From the NCBI GenBank assembly GCA_965544015.1, contig CBEULV010000001.1:1-43200 (forward strand): DNA of 43,200 nt, read 5' to 3'. The notes below the pieces were generated by a model, which saw only the letters and a program-made list of their open reading frames with translations, was not told the origin of the DNA and did not search any database. Position numbers and translations under genes: made by a program. This document shows positions 29,838 through 38,866 of the stretch, piece by piece. Within the stretch, counting starts at the first letter, position 1, and every line of letters starts with the position of its first letter. This stretch comes from an uncultured Gammaproteobacteria bacterium. GTDB taxonomy: Bacteria > Pseudomonadota > Gammaproteobacteria > UBA9214.

Positions 29838-30728
29838 ATGAAATTTCTCACCCTGGAGAACGGGCAGCTGGGCGCCCTGATTGATGAAACCGTCATCGAT
29901 ATTCCTGAGGCTGCAGAGGCGCTTGCCATGGGAGCCCCGGCGACAACGCTGGCCGGACTGATCGATGCCGGGGAGGGTGCGGCGCAAGCCGTCTGGGAGC
30001 TTGCCGGGAAGGCGGCCAGTCAGGGTATTGCTGCGCGTGCCTATGCCGATGTGGCGCCACTGGCGCCGATCCCGGAGCCGCGACGCAATATCCTTTGCCT
30101 GGGCAAGAACTACCTGGAGCATGCGCGGGAAGTGGCAAAGAAGATGGATGCTTCCGGCAAGGCACCGGAGAAACCAATCATTTTTACCAAGGCCACGACC
30201 GCAGTGATCGCCCCCGGGCAACCCATCCCGAGTTATCCGCAGTTTACCTCCAAGCTGGATTACGAAGCCGAGCTGGCGCTGGTTATTGGTACGGGAGGGC
30301 GTGATATTGCCCCCGGCGATGCCTGGAAGCACGTGTTTGGCTATACCGCGATCAACGACATTTCCGCGCGTGATCTGCAGAAAGATCATTTCCAGTGGTT
30401 TCGCGCCAAGAGCCTGGACGGTTTTGCGCCGATGGGCCCGGTGCTGGTACATCGCAGTGCCATGCCTGCGCCTGCGGATATCGAGGTGAAATGTTTTGTC
30501 AACGGGGAGCAGCGACAGTGTGAACGCCTCGACCGACTGATTTTTGATGTGCCCACGATCATATCCGTACTGTCTGCGGGCATGACGCTGTTGCCCGGCG
30601 ACATCATCGCGACCGGTACACCGGCTGGTGTCGGTATGGGTTTTTCACCGCCGAAATATCTACAGGCCGGTGACGAGGTCGTGGTGGACGTCACCGGGGT
30701 CGGTCCGCTGCGTAACCCGGTAACGTAA
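29838..30728 (+). CDS. Fumarylacetoacetate hydrolase (FAH) family protein
   Basis: 296 aa. Contains LCLGKNYLEHA, DYEAELALVIG, YTAINDISARDLQ, SKSLDGFAPMGP and GDIIATGTPAGVG. Confidence 0.85.
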   Translation: MKFLTLENGQLGALIDETVIDIPEAAEALAMGAPATTLAGLIDAGEGAAQAVWELAGKAASQGIAARAYADVAPLAPIPEPRRNILCLGKNYLEHAREVAKKMDASGKAPEKPIIFTKATTAVIAPGQPIPSYPQFTSKLDYEAELALVIGTGGRDIAPGDAWKHVFGYTAINDISARDLQKDHFQWFRAKSLDGFAPMGPVLVHRSAMPAPADIEVKCFVNGEQRQCERLDRLIFDVPTIISVLSAGMTLLPGDIIATGTPAGVGMGFSPPKYLQAGDEVVVDVTGVGPLRNPVT

Positions 30729-30744
30729 TTCTTGAATATCCGTG

Positions 30745-31524
30745 TTATCGGCACGCAGGGCGTTTGCCCTGCTGTTGTGCACGTGCCTGCAGTTGCAGAG
30801 CCGTAGCCATACGTTTCTCCAGCTCACTGATACGGCTGCTGTGCGAAGGGTGGGTAGAGAGAAATTCCGGTGGCTGTCCCTTGTTGGCCCGACTCATGTT
30901 TATCCACAAGCGGGTGCTTTCACGCGGGTCGAAGCCGGCGCGCGCCATGATATTGAGTCCGAGAATATCTGCCTCACTTTCCTGCAGTCGTGTGTAGGGC
31001 AGCAGTACGCCGTATTGCGCACCCACGCCCAGCAGGCCCATCAGCGTCTTGCCAGTGCCGGTCTGCGGGTTGGCCACTGCGTTGATCAGGCCGAGGCCCT
31101 GTTCCACTGCGAATTTTTGTGACACGCGCTCATTGGAATGGCGCGATTGCACATGTGCAACCTCATGGCCAATAACCGTCGCCAGCTGGTGCTGGTTGCT
31201 GGCCACCTTGAGCAGGCCGGTATTCACACCAATCCTGCCGCCGGGCAGCGCAAAGGCATTGGCACTGTCATCCCGGAACACCACGACCTCCCATTGACCG
31301 CCGACCTCGCGGGTGATGGCGTTCGCCACGCACTGCACGTACCGGTTGGTGGTGCGATCTGTTTCCACCGGTGTCTTGCCCTTGATGTTGGTGAAGGCCT
31401 GCAGTCCCATCTGGTTCATCTGGCTGTCCGGCATCAGTATCAGTTGCGTGCGACCGGTAGGCGAGGTCGTGCAGGCAGTAAGCAGTGCAAGCATGCCGCA
31501 TAGAATGATCTTGCGCGATATCAT
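30745..31524 (-). CDS. M48-family zinc metalloprotease, lipoprotein
   Basis: 259 aa. Lipobox LALLTAC. HEVAHVQSRH (HExxH) with a downstream ESEAD motif. Confidence 0.85.
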   Translation of the reverse strand: MISRKIILCGMLALLTACTTSPTGRTQLILMPDSQMNQMGLQAFTNIKGKTPVETDRTTNRYVQCVANAITREVGGQWEVVVFRDDSANAFALPGGRIGVNTGLLKVASNQHQLATVIGHEVAHVQSRHSNERVSQKFAVEQGLGLINAVANPQTGTGKTLMGLLGVGAQYGVLLPYTRLQESEADILGLNIMARAGFDPRESTRLWINMSRANKGQPPEFLSTHPSHSSRISELEKRMATALQLQARAQQQGKRPACR

Positions 31525-31681
31525 GGCTTCCTCCGGATTGTCTGCCTTTGATTATAGGCAGTTCACGATACTTCGTGCAGAGGAGTTTTGTCCCTTGATT
31601 GATTACTGGCCCTTGCCAGTCTCCGGCCCGTTATTGGCCAGTGTGCGCCGGATCGGAGTGTGCCAGGCAGGAAGGCAGCCC

Positions 31682-32434
31682 TTAATAGTGCTGCTTGGTG
31701 AGTATGCGTAGTTTTTCAATGTCGTTGTTGTGTAACGAGAAGGAATAGCGCCCGTTTCTGGTGCGTTGGGCAAGCTGCAGCGAGCTCCCGTTTGCAGCGA
31801 TCAGCCGGTATTCCTTTTCCAGCGCATTTTTGCGTGTAACCTTCACGGTGGCGCCAACATACTTGTTTGCGTCGGTGACCTTGATGGTCCTGTAGGCCAG
31901 GCGATAGCGTTCCTCCTGGGGTTTTATCTTCTTGTTAATCCGGCTGGCGCTCAGGTTGTCGCTCTCCTCCTGCGCCTTGCGTATTGCTTCCAGCTCGGCC
32001 TGTTGCGCGGCCTCCAGGTCAAGTTGCTGCTGTACCATGGCGACGACATACGGGTCATTGATCTCGATGCCGGAGTTTTCGATGAATGCCAGGTTGGCCT
32101 TCATGAAGGCCTCTGCATTGCGGCTGGAAAGGTTGCGGTTCTGGAGGCCGGACTCGACCAGGGCGCTGGTGCGCAGCACTTCCCAGCCTCCCCAGGCACT
32201 GAACAGGTACACGGCCAGGGAGATGTACCCGAGCGTGGTCAAGATGTAAACCAGGAAGGGTTTCTTCACCGTGTTCCAGTGCTTCAGGCCAAAGGCGGTG
32301 GCGCTGAACGGAGACAGCAATAACACACCAAGCCCCCAGCCGAAGTGCGTGCGGAAGGCGCGTACAGTAAGCCAGATAAAGGCCAGCATCGATGCGGCGG
32401 CCAGCGCCTGGGTGATGGTGGTCAGAAGGTTCAT
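31682..32434 (-). CDS. Hypothetical membrane protein (N-terminal TM segments, coiled-coil linker, C-terminal soluble domain)
   Basis: 250 aa. Three hydrophobic stretches in the first 95 aa. Then the Q/E/A-rich segment QQQLDLEAAQQAELEAIRKAQEE. No recognisable catalytic motif. Confidence 0.5.
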   Translation of the reverse strand: MNLLTTITQALAAASMLAFIWLTVRAFRTHFGWGLGVLLLSPFSATAFGLKHWNTVKKPFLVYILTTLGYISLAVYLFSAWGGWEVLRTSALVESGLQNRNLSSRNAEAFMKANLAFIENSGIEINDPYVVAMVQQQLDLEAAQQAELEAIRKAQEESDNLSASRINKKIKPQEERYRLAYRTIKVTDANKYVGATVKVTRKNALEKEYRLIAANGSSLQLAQRTRNGRYSFSLHNNDIEKLRILTKQHY

Positions 32435-32537
32435 GGTCTGTGTCCTGTCGGGTGCCCCTGCCGTCGGTGCATAAAAACGGTGTTCCGGTAGAATTTATCG
32501 GCCCGTCTCGGAACAATCTTTAGGCGGCCAGCCAGTA

Positions 32538-32753
32538 TCAGTAGTGCGGCGGGGGCGGCTCCTGTTCGGCAGGGGTGGTAATGTCTGCAGACAGGCCTTT
32601 TAGCTGGGTTTCCAGTTGCCGAATGAGTTCCGTCTGGCGTGCGGTTAGTTGTTCCTGTTGCAGCAGGGTGCGGGTCATCTCATCCATCGCAGCCTCGAGA
32701 TGCATCAGGCGAATCTCGAGCTGTTCGATGCGTTGTACCAGGTTATCCGTCAT
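32538..32753 (-). CDS. slyX: SlyX-family coiled-coil protein
   Basis: 71 aa. RIEQLEIRLMHLEAAMDEMTRTLLQQEQ matches the SlyX pattern. Confidence 0.8.
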   Translation of the reverse strand: MTDNLVQRIEQLEIRLMHLEAAMDEMTRTLLQQEQLTARQTELIRQLETQLKGLSADITTPAEQEPPPPHY

Positions 32754-32782
32754 GGCAGGCGTCCTGCTTGCGTGTGTGGTTG

Positions 32783-33964
32783 TTACAGTCGGGGACTCAC
32801 TGATTCCGAGCCCTGTGTTGCCTTGTCCAGCGCTTCATCCACGGTGTTGCCGCGTGCCAGTACCACGCCCATGCGCCGCTTGCCGCTGACCTCCGGCTTT
32901 CCAAACAGGCGCAGCTGTGTGTCCGCTGCTGCCAGGGCCATCTCCAGGCCGGCAAAACTGACCTGTCTCGATTCACCCTCCACCAGGATGACGCTGGAAG
33001 CCGAGGGGCCCAGCTGCCGGATATTCGGAACCGGCAGCCCGAGAATGGCACGTGCATGCAGCGCGAACTGCGAAAGGTCCTGCGAAATCATGGTTACCAT
33101 GCCGGTATCATGTGGGCGTGGCGAGACCTCGCTGAAGATCACCTCGTCACCACGGATGAACAACTCTACGCCAAATATGCCACGTCCACCCAGTGCCGCG
33201 GTAATTCTGCCGGCGATGTCGCGTGCTGCAGCCAGTGCCTGCTCACTCATGGCCTGGGGTTGCCATGACTGGCGGTAATCGCCATCGACCTGGACATGGC
33301 CGACCGGGGCGCAGTAACTGGTGCCCGCGGCATGGCGTACGGTCAGCTGTGTGATTTCGTAATCAAATTCGATAAATCCCTCGATAATTACCTTGCCTGC
33401 ACCGGTGCGGCCGCCCCCCTGTGCATAGGCCCAGGCGGAATCAATACCATCCCGGCTGCGAATGGTGCTTTGTCCCTTGCCCGAAGAACTCATGATGGGT
33501 TTCACCACGCAAGGCAGGCCGATTGTCTCGATGGCGACGTCAAATTCGGCGCGTGTTTCAGCAAAACGATACGGCGAGGTTGCAATACCAAGTTCCTCGG
33601 CGGCAAGACGCCGAATGCCCTCGCGATTCATGGTCAGGCGCGCGGCACGCGCGGTCGGGATGACGGCGTAGCCCTCTGCCTCCAGTTCCACCAGTGTATC
33701 GGTGGCGATTGCCTCGATCTCCGGCACAATGAAGTGCGGGTTTTCCTGCTCGATTACTGCGCGCAGTGCCTCGCCATCCAGCATGGACAGGGTGTGACTG
33801 CGATGCGCGACCTGCATCGCCGGCGCATTGTCATAGCGATCCACCACAATGACCTCGACACCGAGTCGCTGCAGTTCGATGACGACTTCCTTGCCCAGTT
33901 CGCCGCCTCCGCACAGCAGTACACGGGTTGCGGTTGGAGACAGCGGGGTGCCGATCGTGGTCAT
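32783..33964 (-). CDS. purT: Formate-dependent phosphoribosylglycinamide formyltransferase (GAR transformylase 2)
   Basis: The true start is [27 protein letters not shown] (ATG 33964). ATP-grasp body with [14 protein letters not shown] and the C-terminus [16 protein letters not shown]. The 154-codon N-terminal extension in the track ORF is spurious. Confidence 0.9.
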   Translation of the reverse strand: MTTIGTPLSPTATRVLLCGGGELGKEVVIELQRLGVEVIVVDRYDNAPAMQVAHRSHTLSMLDGEALRAVIEQENPHFIVPEIEAIATDTLVELEAEGYAVIPTARAARLTMNREGIRRLAAEELGIATSPYRFAETRAEFDVAIETIGLPCVVKPIMSSSGKGQSTIRSRDGIDSAWAYAQGGGRTGAGKVIIEGFIEFDYEITQLTVRHAAGTSYCAPVGHVQVDGDYRQSWQPQAMSEQALAAARDIAGRITAALGGRGIFGVELFIRGDEVIFSEVSPRPHDTGMVTMISQDLSQFALHARAILGLPVPNIRQLGPSASSVILVEGESRQVSFAGLEMALAAADTQLRLFGKPEVSGKRRMGVVLARGNTVDEALDKATQGSESVSPRL

Positions 33965-34090
33965 GTGCGGGCCTTTCCCGTGGCTGTGGCGGTAAGGGGT
34001 TTCATGGCAGGAATTGTACTGTGAAGTACATCGATGCAGTAGTCGAATCTTCATCTCCCCATCGACATGGCGTAGACTCGAACTATTGAA

Positions 34091-34702
34091 ATGACTGATC
34101 CGGGTGCGCTGATGAGACTGACAACGGTTTCCACAATCATTGTCTTGCTGCTGGCTGGCGGCGGCGTGTTTGCCGGGGTGACACACTCGGTCAACGAGGA
34201 AAACGGGCTGCGAGGCTGGCGCTTTCTTGAAGGGGATATCGAGATCGAGCTGGTGCAGCGCCTGCCGGACCAGACACGCGCCCTGTTGATGAATCACGAG
34301 TTCTCGCGCGAGGTCATCGAGCAACTGGCGTTGAGTTGCATGTTCCAGACCATTGTCCGCAACACCAACGCCTCCGGCAGTGGCCGGACAGTGGCAATCG
34401 ACCTGACCCGCTGGCGCATACATCATGACGGCGTGACGCGTGAACTGTTGATGAAGGAGCCGTTGCTGGCCTCATGGGATGAGCAGGATGCCAGTGAGGC
34501 AGCACGGCTGGTGATACGCTGGGGTATGTTTCCGACCCGGCAGGAATACCTGCCGAGCGATTACAACTGGGGGCTGACAGCCTATGGGATCCCGCCTGGT
34601 TCGAAATTTGATCTCGATGTCAACTGGACCGAAGACGACAAGCCATACAGCGGGGCGATCAGGGGTATTGTTTGTGCGCCGGATGTCGATAAGCTGAAGT
34701 GA
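34091..34702 (+). CDS. Hypothetical exported/anchored protein
   Basis: 203 aa. N-terminal hydrophobic segment [20 protein letters not shown]. No recognisable motif. Its stop is 4 nt before the TlpA-like gene. Confidence 0.5.
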   Translation: MTDPGALMRLTTVSTIIVLLLAGGGVFAGVTHSVNEENGLRGWRFLEGDIEIELVQRLPDQTRALLMNHEFSREVIEQLALSCMFQTIVRNTNASGSGRTVAIDLTRWRIHHDGVTRELLMKEPLLASWDEQDASEAARLVIRWGMFPTRQEYLPSDYNWGLTAYGIPPGSKFDLDVNWTEDDKPYSGAIRGIVCAPDVDKLK

Positions 34703-34706
34703 CGTT

Positions 34707-35210
34707 ATGATTCAGACCAGAATTCTCATCCTGCTGTTGGCGCTGTTTTCACTGCCACTGTTCGCCGGTCAATCAATGACGGCAATCCCCGGCAAGGTTG
34801 CGGCACCTGATTTCGAGCTGATTGATACGGACGGCAACACACACCGCCTGTCCGACTACCGCGGCAAGACCGTAATCATCAATTTCTGGACCACCTGGTG
34901 CCCGCCGTGCCGCGAGGAAATTCCTTCCATGAACCGCGCCTGGCGCGAACTGGCCGATGAGGGAGTTGTGATCCTGGCCATCAATATGGGCGAGGATGAA
35001 GACACCATCTTTGTTTTCACGGGCGATTATCCTGCGGACTTTCCGTTACTGCTCGACCGGGACGGGGCGGTGATTGCTGAATGGCCGGTAAAGGGGCTGC
35101 CTACTACGTATGTTGTGGCACCGGATGGCAGCATTGCCTACCGCGCCATCGGTGGTCGCGAGTGGGACGACCCGGTGTTTCTGGAGCAGATCCGGGCACT
35201 CGGTCGATAG
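34707..35210 (+). CDS. TlpA/ResA-like periplasmic thiol:disulfide oxidoreductase
   Basis: 167 aa. Signal peptide ILILLLALFSLPLFAG. Thioredoxin-fold active site NFWTTWCPPCREEIP. Confidence 0.85.
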   Translation: MIQTRILILLLALFSLPLFAGQSMTAIPGKVAAPDFELIDTDGNTHRLSDYRGKTVIINFWTTWCPPCREEIPSMNRAWRELADEGVVILAINMGEDEDTIFVFTGDYPADFPLLLDRDGAVIAEWPVKGLPTTYVVAPDGSIAYRAIGGREWDDPVFLEQIRALGR

Positions 35211-35370
35211 GGGGAACCAGGTCCCCACACCACCAGGGGATGGAGCAATGTGTGTGACGGAAGAACCCGGTTCCCGTACCGACAGATGCAGTATCGCACT
35301 CACCAGCATTTCCGGACGGGATGCGCATCACATTTTAGTCATGCCGGCTGAATTGCTGCCGGTTACTGCA

Positions 35371-38300
35371 CTATTGCAGTGCCATTTGTGTAATCAGAAT
35401 CAGGTCCTGAATATTGATTACACCGTCCGGGGCGCCGGACGGGTACAGGTCGCCATGCTGCAGCAGATGATTGTCTACCGGGATCAGGCCCAGCACGGCG
35501 CGAGTGAGAACCCAGAGATCACCCGCATTTACTGCATTGTCCAGGGTGCCGGGCGGGAGCGGTGCCACATCACCGTCGTTGAAGTTGAACGCCAGCGGTA
35601 TCGGGTCGACCGGGTCGAGCAGGCCGTCGCCATCGGTGTCCGCGCTGGCAGGATTCAGATCGGCGCCCGGTGTGTAGCTGTTCGGGTCACCGTCCCAGGC
35701 CACCTCCTCGAAGTCGGTCAGTCCGTCACCGTCGGTGTCAATGAGTATGGTGCTGGAGCCGGCTGACTGTTCCAGCAGGTCACTCAGTCCATCGTTGTCA
35801 TCATCCAGGTCACAGGCGTCGCCACTGCCGTCGGTGTCGGTGTCCAGCTGAGTGGCGTTGGCGATGGTCGGGCAGTTGTCGCAGGCATCGCCGGGACCGT
35901 CACCATCCTGGTCGGTCTGGCTCAGGTTGGCATCAATTGGGCAGTTGTCGTCCAGATTAAATATGGTGTCCTCGTCGGCATCGATCGCTATACGCTCACC
36001 GTCACCGACGGGTACAGCCGTGTAGGTTAGTGTCTCGCCGGTTGCTAACACCTGGTCACGTATAAAGGCCTCCGACAGGTCGCCCAGCGCGATACTGTCC
36101 ATCCTGAACAGCCCGCTGGAAACGCGCACCGCACCACGCTGCAAGCTCCCAAGGTTGCCCTTGATGATCACATCACAGTCGCCGGCCGCCGCGCGCGCCA
36201 CCAGCAGGTCGGCACGGGTCGCGGCGATTGAGGGGCTGCTGCTCACGGTCACCTGCTGGCCGACCACCGGTTTCAGATTGGAGTCGAAGGCGAGCATGAA
36301 TTGTTCGACATCACGGCGATGCTCGTCCGGTGTTTTCTGGTTCTCGATAATGAAATTGGCGCTGGTATCGAAGCCGAACAAGGAGGCATTAAAAAACCGG
36401 AACAGCGTATCGGTGCTGCCGTCATGCAGGAACCCGAAACCACGGATCTGGTCACCCTGTGGCCCATTGTTGCCGGTATTGAAGAACGGCAGGTCCGGCA
36501 TGCCGAACATGCCGACCTTGGCATACATGTTGCGCAGGTGGGGGACCTTGAAATGCTGCGGCTCACCCTCGAAGCTGGACAGCCCGCTGGTGCCGAAGAA
36601 GCCATTGGTGGTATCCAGTACGTGGCAACCGTTGCAGGTGGTCACTATGTCGGAGACATGGTTGAAATAGAAATCACGACCGTCACTCTGGCTGGTTGTA
36701 AGGGAATTATTCAGGTTGCGGATCGGGTTGGGTGGCAGGGCGACCTGCAGGATGAAGTCGGTGTACTGGTCCATTTCCGCTGTCGTCAGCGGCCCGCTGC
36801 GGCCCAGCAGCCCCTCGAAGGCCACATTGAACTTGCTGAACGAGAGTCGCTCGTTGTAAGCGCCTGTTCGGTTCACTATATCGTTGGGTTCATCGTTGCC
36901 GCCGGTACGGTCGCCGCGCCAGTGCATGGAGCCATGGGTGTCCATGCCGCGCAGTGTTTGTGTGGTCATCGGTCCCTTCATGGGGTGGAAGTCCTGTCCC
37001 CCACCGGTCGGACTCGGATCCAGCGGGTTGGTGAGGATCGAGCCGGTGGGGTCGCCGAGGTCCCAGGCCAGGCTGTCGAGGTCGCCATCGACGTGGCAGC
37101 TGGCGCAGGCCGCCTCGCCGTTGCTGGAGGTGAAGCTCGCGTCATACAGGAAGCGGCGTCCGGTGATGAGGTCCGGCGGCTCCGGATTGTGCAGCAGGTA
37201 ATGCGCAGCTTCCGTCCGGTTAGTGAGATCGAGGATCGATACGCCGTTATCGAAACGCGTGGTCACATAGAGGCGATTGCGGGCTTCATCCAGCAACAGG
37301 CCGGCGGGGCCACCGCCACTGACCGCGATGTGGTCGGCGCTGTCCGGCACGAAGGTGTTGTCCTCGATGTCAGCACTTAAAAAGATGCCGACCTTGTCGG
37401 ACCCCTTGGCGGCCAAATAGAGCGTGCTGCCGTTGCTGGAGATTGCCAGTTGGCGCGGCAGCGCCAGGCTCTTGTCGGCCACACCGGCCGGTGCCGGTGA
37501 CACACTGTAATCGATGTGCTTGTTGATATGGCGTGGTGTCACCGTGTCGGAGCCGGTATCGATGACGGTGATGCGCGTTTCATGCTGGTGGCCTATCACC
37601 GAGCTGGTGGTGTCGGTCGGCGTACGCGTGCCTTCGAAGCGCACTTCGTTGATGGCCTCGGTGTTGACGACAAACAGCTTGCCGTTTACCGGGTGTACCG
37701 CGATATTATAGAGAACAGTGCCGACACCGCTATAGAAGGCCGTTTCCACCGGCGGGTTGGCCAGTGCATCGATCGCGAACACATCCTTGTCCGGCAGGTC
37801 GAAGCGGACCAGCCCGTCCCACAGCCGGCCTAGTTCATCAACCCAGTTGCTGCCATTGTGCCTGACGATCAGTCCCACTTCCGGCTGCAGTGAATTGTCC
37901 GAGTCCACGTTCGGCGCCGGCAGGCCACCGGGTGCCGTGGCACCATCGACTGTACAACTTGGCGCAGTTGCACCGCCGTTACAGACGGCTTCGCCATGGA
38001 TGGTGGTGGTCCTGTTGCCGGAGTGATAGATCCCGGCATACACGGTGCTGCCGTCAGGTGAAACCGCCAGTGGCCGCGGCGTATCACCAAACAGCGTAAC
38101 AATGGTGAGAGGTGTACCACCCAGCGCACCGCCCAGCGTTGTGGCATCGAATACCCACACATCGGCACGGCCGATACCGGGCGTGGTGGCTTCACCGGGG
38201 TTCCCCGGGGTCACGCACTTGCTATCGCTGCTGTCACCGCACCAGGGACTGTTCTGACCGCGGTGCGCGGTTGTAATGAAGGCACGGTTGCCGCCCGGCC

Positions 38301-38709
38301 CGGCAAAGACGATATCGCGGGGTTCGTCGCCCACCAGCAGGGTGCGGGTGATGCGCGGTGGGGAGAGCGACACATCGATGATACTGATGGAGTCGGACAG
38401 GTGGTTAACCACCCAGACCTCATTGTCATTGCGCAATGCCACGGCAACCGGTTCCATTCCGGTCGGAATGGAAGTGGTGAGCGTCAATCCGAAACTGTCG
38501 ACCGAGAAGACCTCGAGCAGGTTGTCGGGCGTGTTGACGACATAGAGGCGGTCACCAGTGGAAGACATGGCCAGCGGGCGCACATGGCCACTTTCGAAAG
38601 CGGTAAATGCGGCGTGTGCTGTTGCCTGCAGCAGTAACAGCAGGATCGCGACAAGGCATCGGTCGATTGCAGACAGAGGGTGTCGGTTGGTGTTAAATCC
38701 GGGTTTCAT
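35371..38709 (-). CDS. Large secreted multidomain protein: beta-propeller + di-heme cytochrome c peroxidase-like domain + TSP type-3 Ca-binding repeats + dockerin-like C-terminus
   Basis: 1112 aa. Signal peptide ...LLLLLQATAHA/AF. Repeated YVVNT / LFVVNT / LYVTT strand motifs (aa 40-500). CASCH at nt 37093-37107 and CNGCH at nt 36622-36636, plus FKVPHLRNMYAK, a CCP/MauG-like block. DxDxDGxxDxCD repeats at aa 920-1035. The tandem segments GDVAPL...AGDLWVLTRAVLG and GDLYPSGAPDGVINIQDLILITQMAL look dockerin-like. Confidence 0.8.
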   Translation of the reverse strand: MKPGFNTNRHPLSAIDRCLVAILLLLLQATAHAAFTAFESGHVRPLAMSSTGDRLYVVNTPDNLLEVFSVDSFGLTLTTSIPTGMEPVAVALRNDNEVWVVNHLSDSISIIDVSLSPPRITRTLLVGDEPRDIVFAGPGGNRAFITTAHRGQNSPWCGDSSDSKCVTPGNPGEATTPGIGRADVWVFDATTLGGALGGTPLTIVTLFGDTPRPLAVSPDGSTVYAGIYHSGNRTTTIHGEAVCNGGATAPSCTVDGATAPGGLPAPNVDSDNSLQPEVGLIVRHNGSNWVDELGRLWDGLVRFDLPDKDVFAIDALANPPVETAFYSGVGTVLYNIAVHPVNGKLFVVNTEAINEVRFEGTRTPTDTTSSVIGHQHETRITVIDTGSDTVTPRHINKHIDYSVSPAPAGVADKSLALPRQLAISSNGSTLYLAAKGSDKVGIFLSADIEDNTFVPDSADHIAVSGGGPAGLLLDEARNRLYVTTRFDNGVSILDLTNRTEAAHYLLHNPEPPDLITGRRFLYDASFTSSNGEAACASCHVDGDLDSLAWDLGDPTGSILTNPLDPSPTGGGQDFHPMKGPMTTQTLRGMDTHGSMHWRGDRTGGNDEPNDIVNRTGAYNERLSFSKFNVAFEGLLGRSGPLTTAEMDQYTDFILQVALPPNPIRNLNNSLTTSQSDGRDFYFNHVSDIVTTCNGCHVLDTTNGFFGTSGLSSFEGEPQHFKVPHLRNMYAKVGMFGMPDLPFFNTGNNGPQGDQIRGFGFLHDGSTDTLFRFFNASLFGFDTSANFIIENQKTPDEHRRDVEQFMLAFDSNLKPVVGQQVTVSSSPSIAATRADLLVARAAAGDCDVIIKGNLGSLQRGAVRVSSGLFRMDSIALGDLSEAFIRDQVLATGETLTYTAVPVGDGERIAIDADEDTIFNLDDNCPIDANLSQTDQDGDGPGDACDNCPTIANATQLDTDTDGSGDACDLDDDNDGLSDLLEQSAGSSTILIDTDGDGLTDFEEVAWDGDPNSYTPGADLNPASADTDGDGLLDPVDPIPLAFNFNDGDVAPLPPGTLDNAVNAGDLWVLTRAVLGLIPVDNHLLQHGDLYPSGAPDGVINIQDLILITQMALQ

Positions 38710-38866
38710 GGGTCAGTTGTTGTTATCTGGCTATGCCGTGTTTGATTAAAGCATATCCCGATCATGCCATTTAACCAAACGTTGAAGTGTCTCCTTTATA
38801 ACACCATGAACATAGAGCAGTTATTTGCAGCTAGCCAGTGACGCCAGCAGGTGTTCGGAAATATTT

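Noticed and set aside
33965-34426. 154-codon N-terminal extension of purT, and similar 5' extensions of pdhA (22710), pdhB (23807), argG (27517), dsbB (28754), pilW (5331) and DoxX (41170) in the ORF track
   Set aside because: The extensions overlap upstream genes or intergenic DNA and lack homology-like sequence. Internal starts reproduce the canonical N-termini of each family, several of them with stop/start coupling.
36301-37380. 359-aa plus-strand ORF
   Set aside because: Antisense to the di-heme region of the 1112-aa protein, whose CxxCH motifs are on the minus strand.
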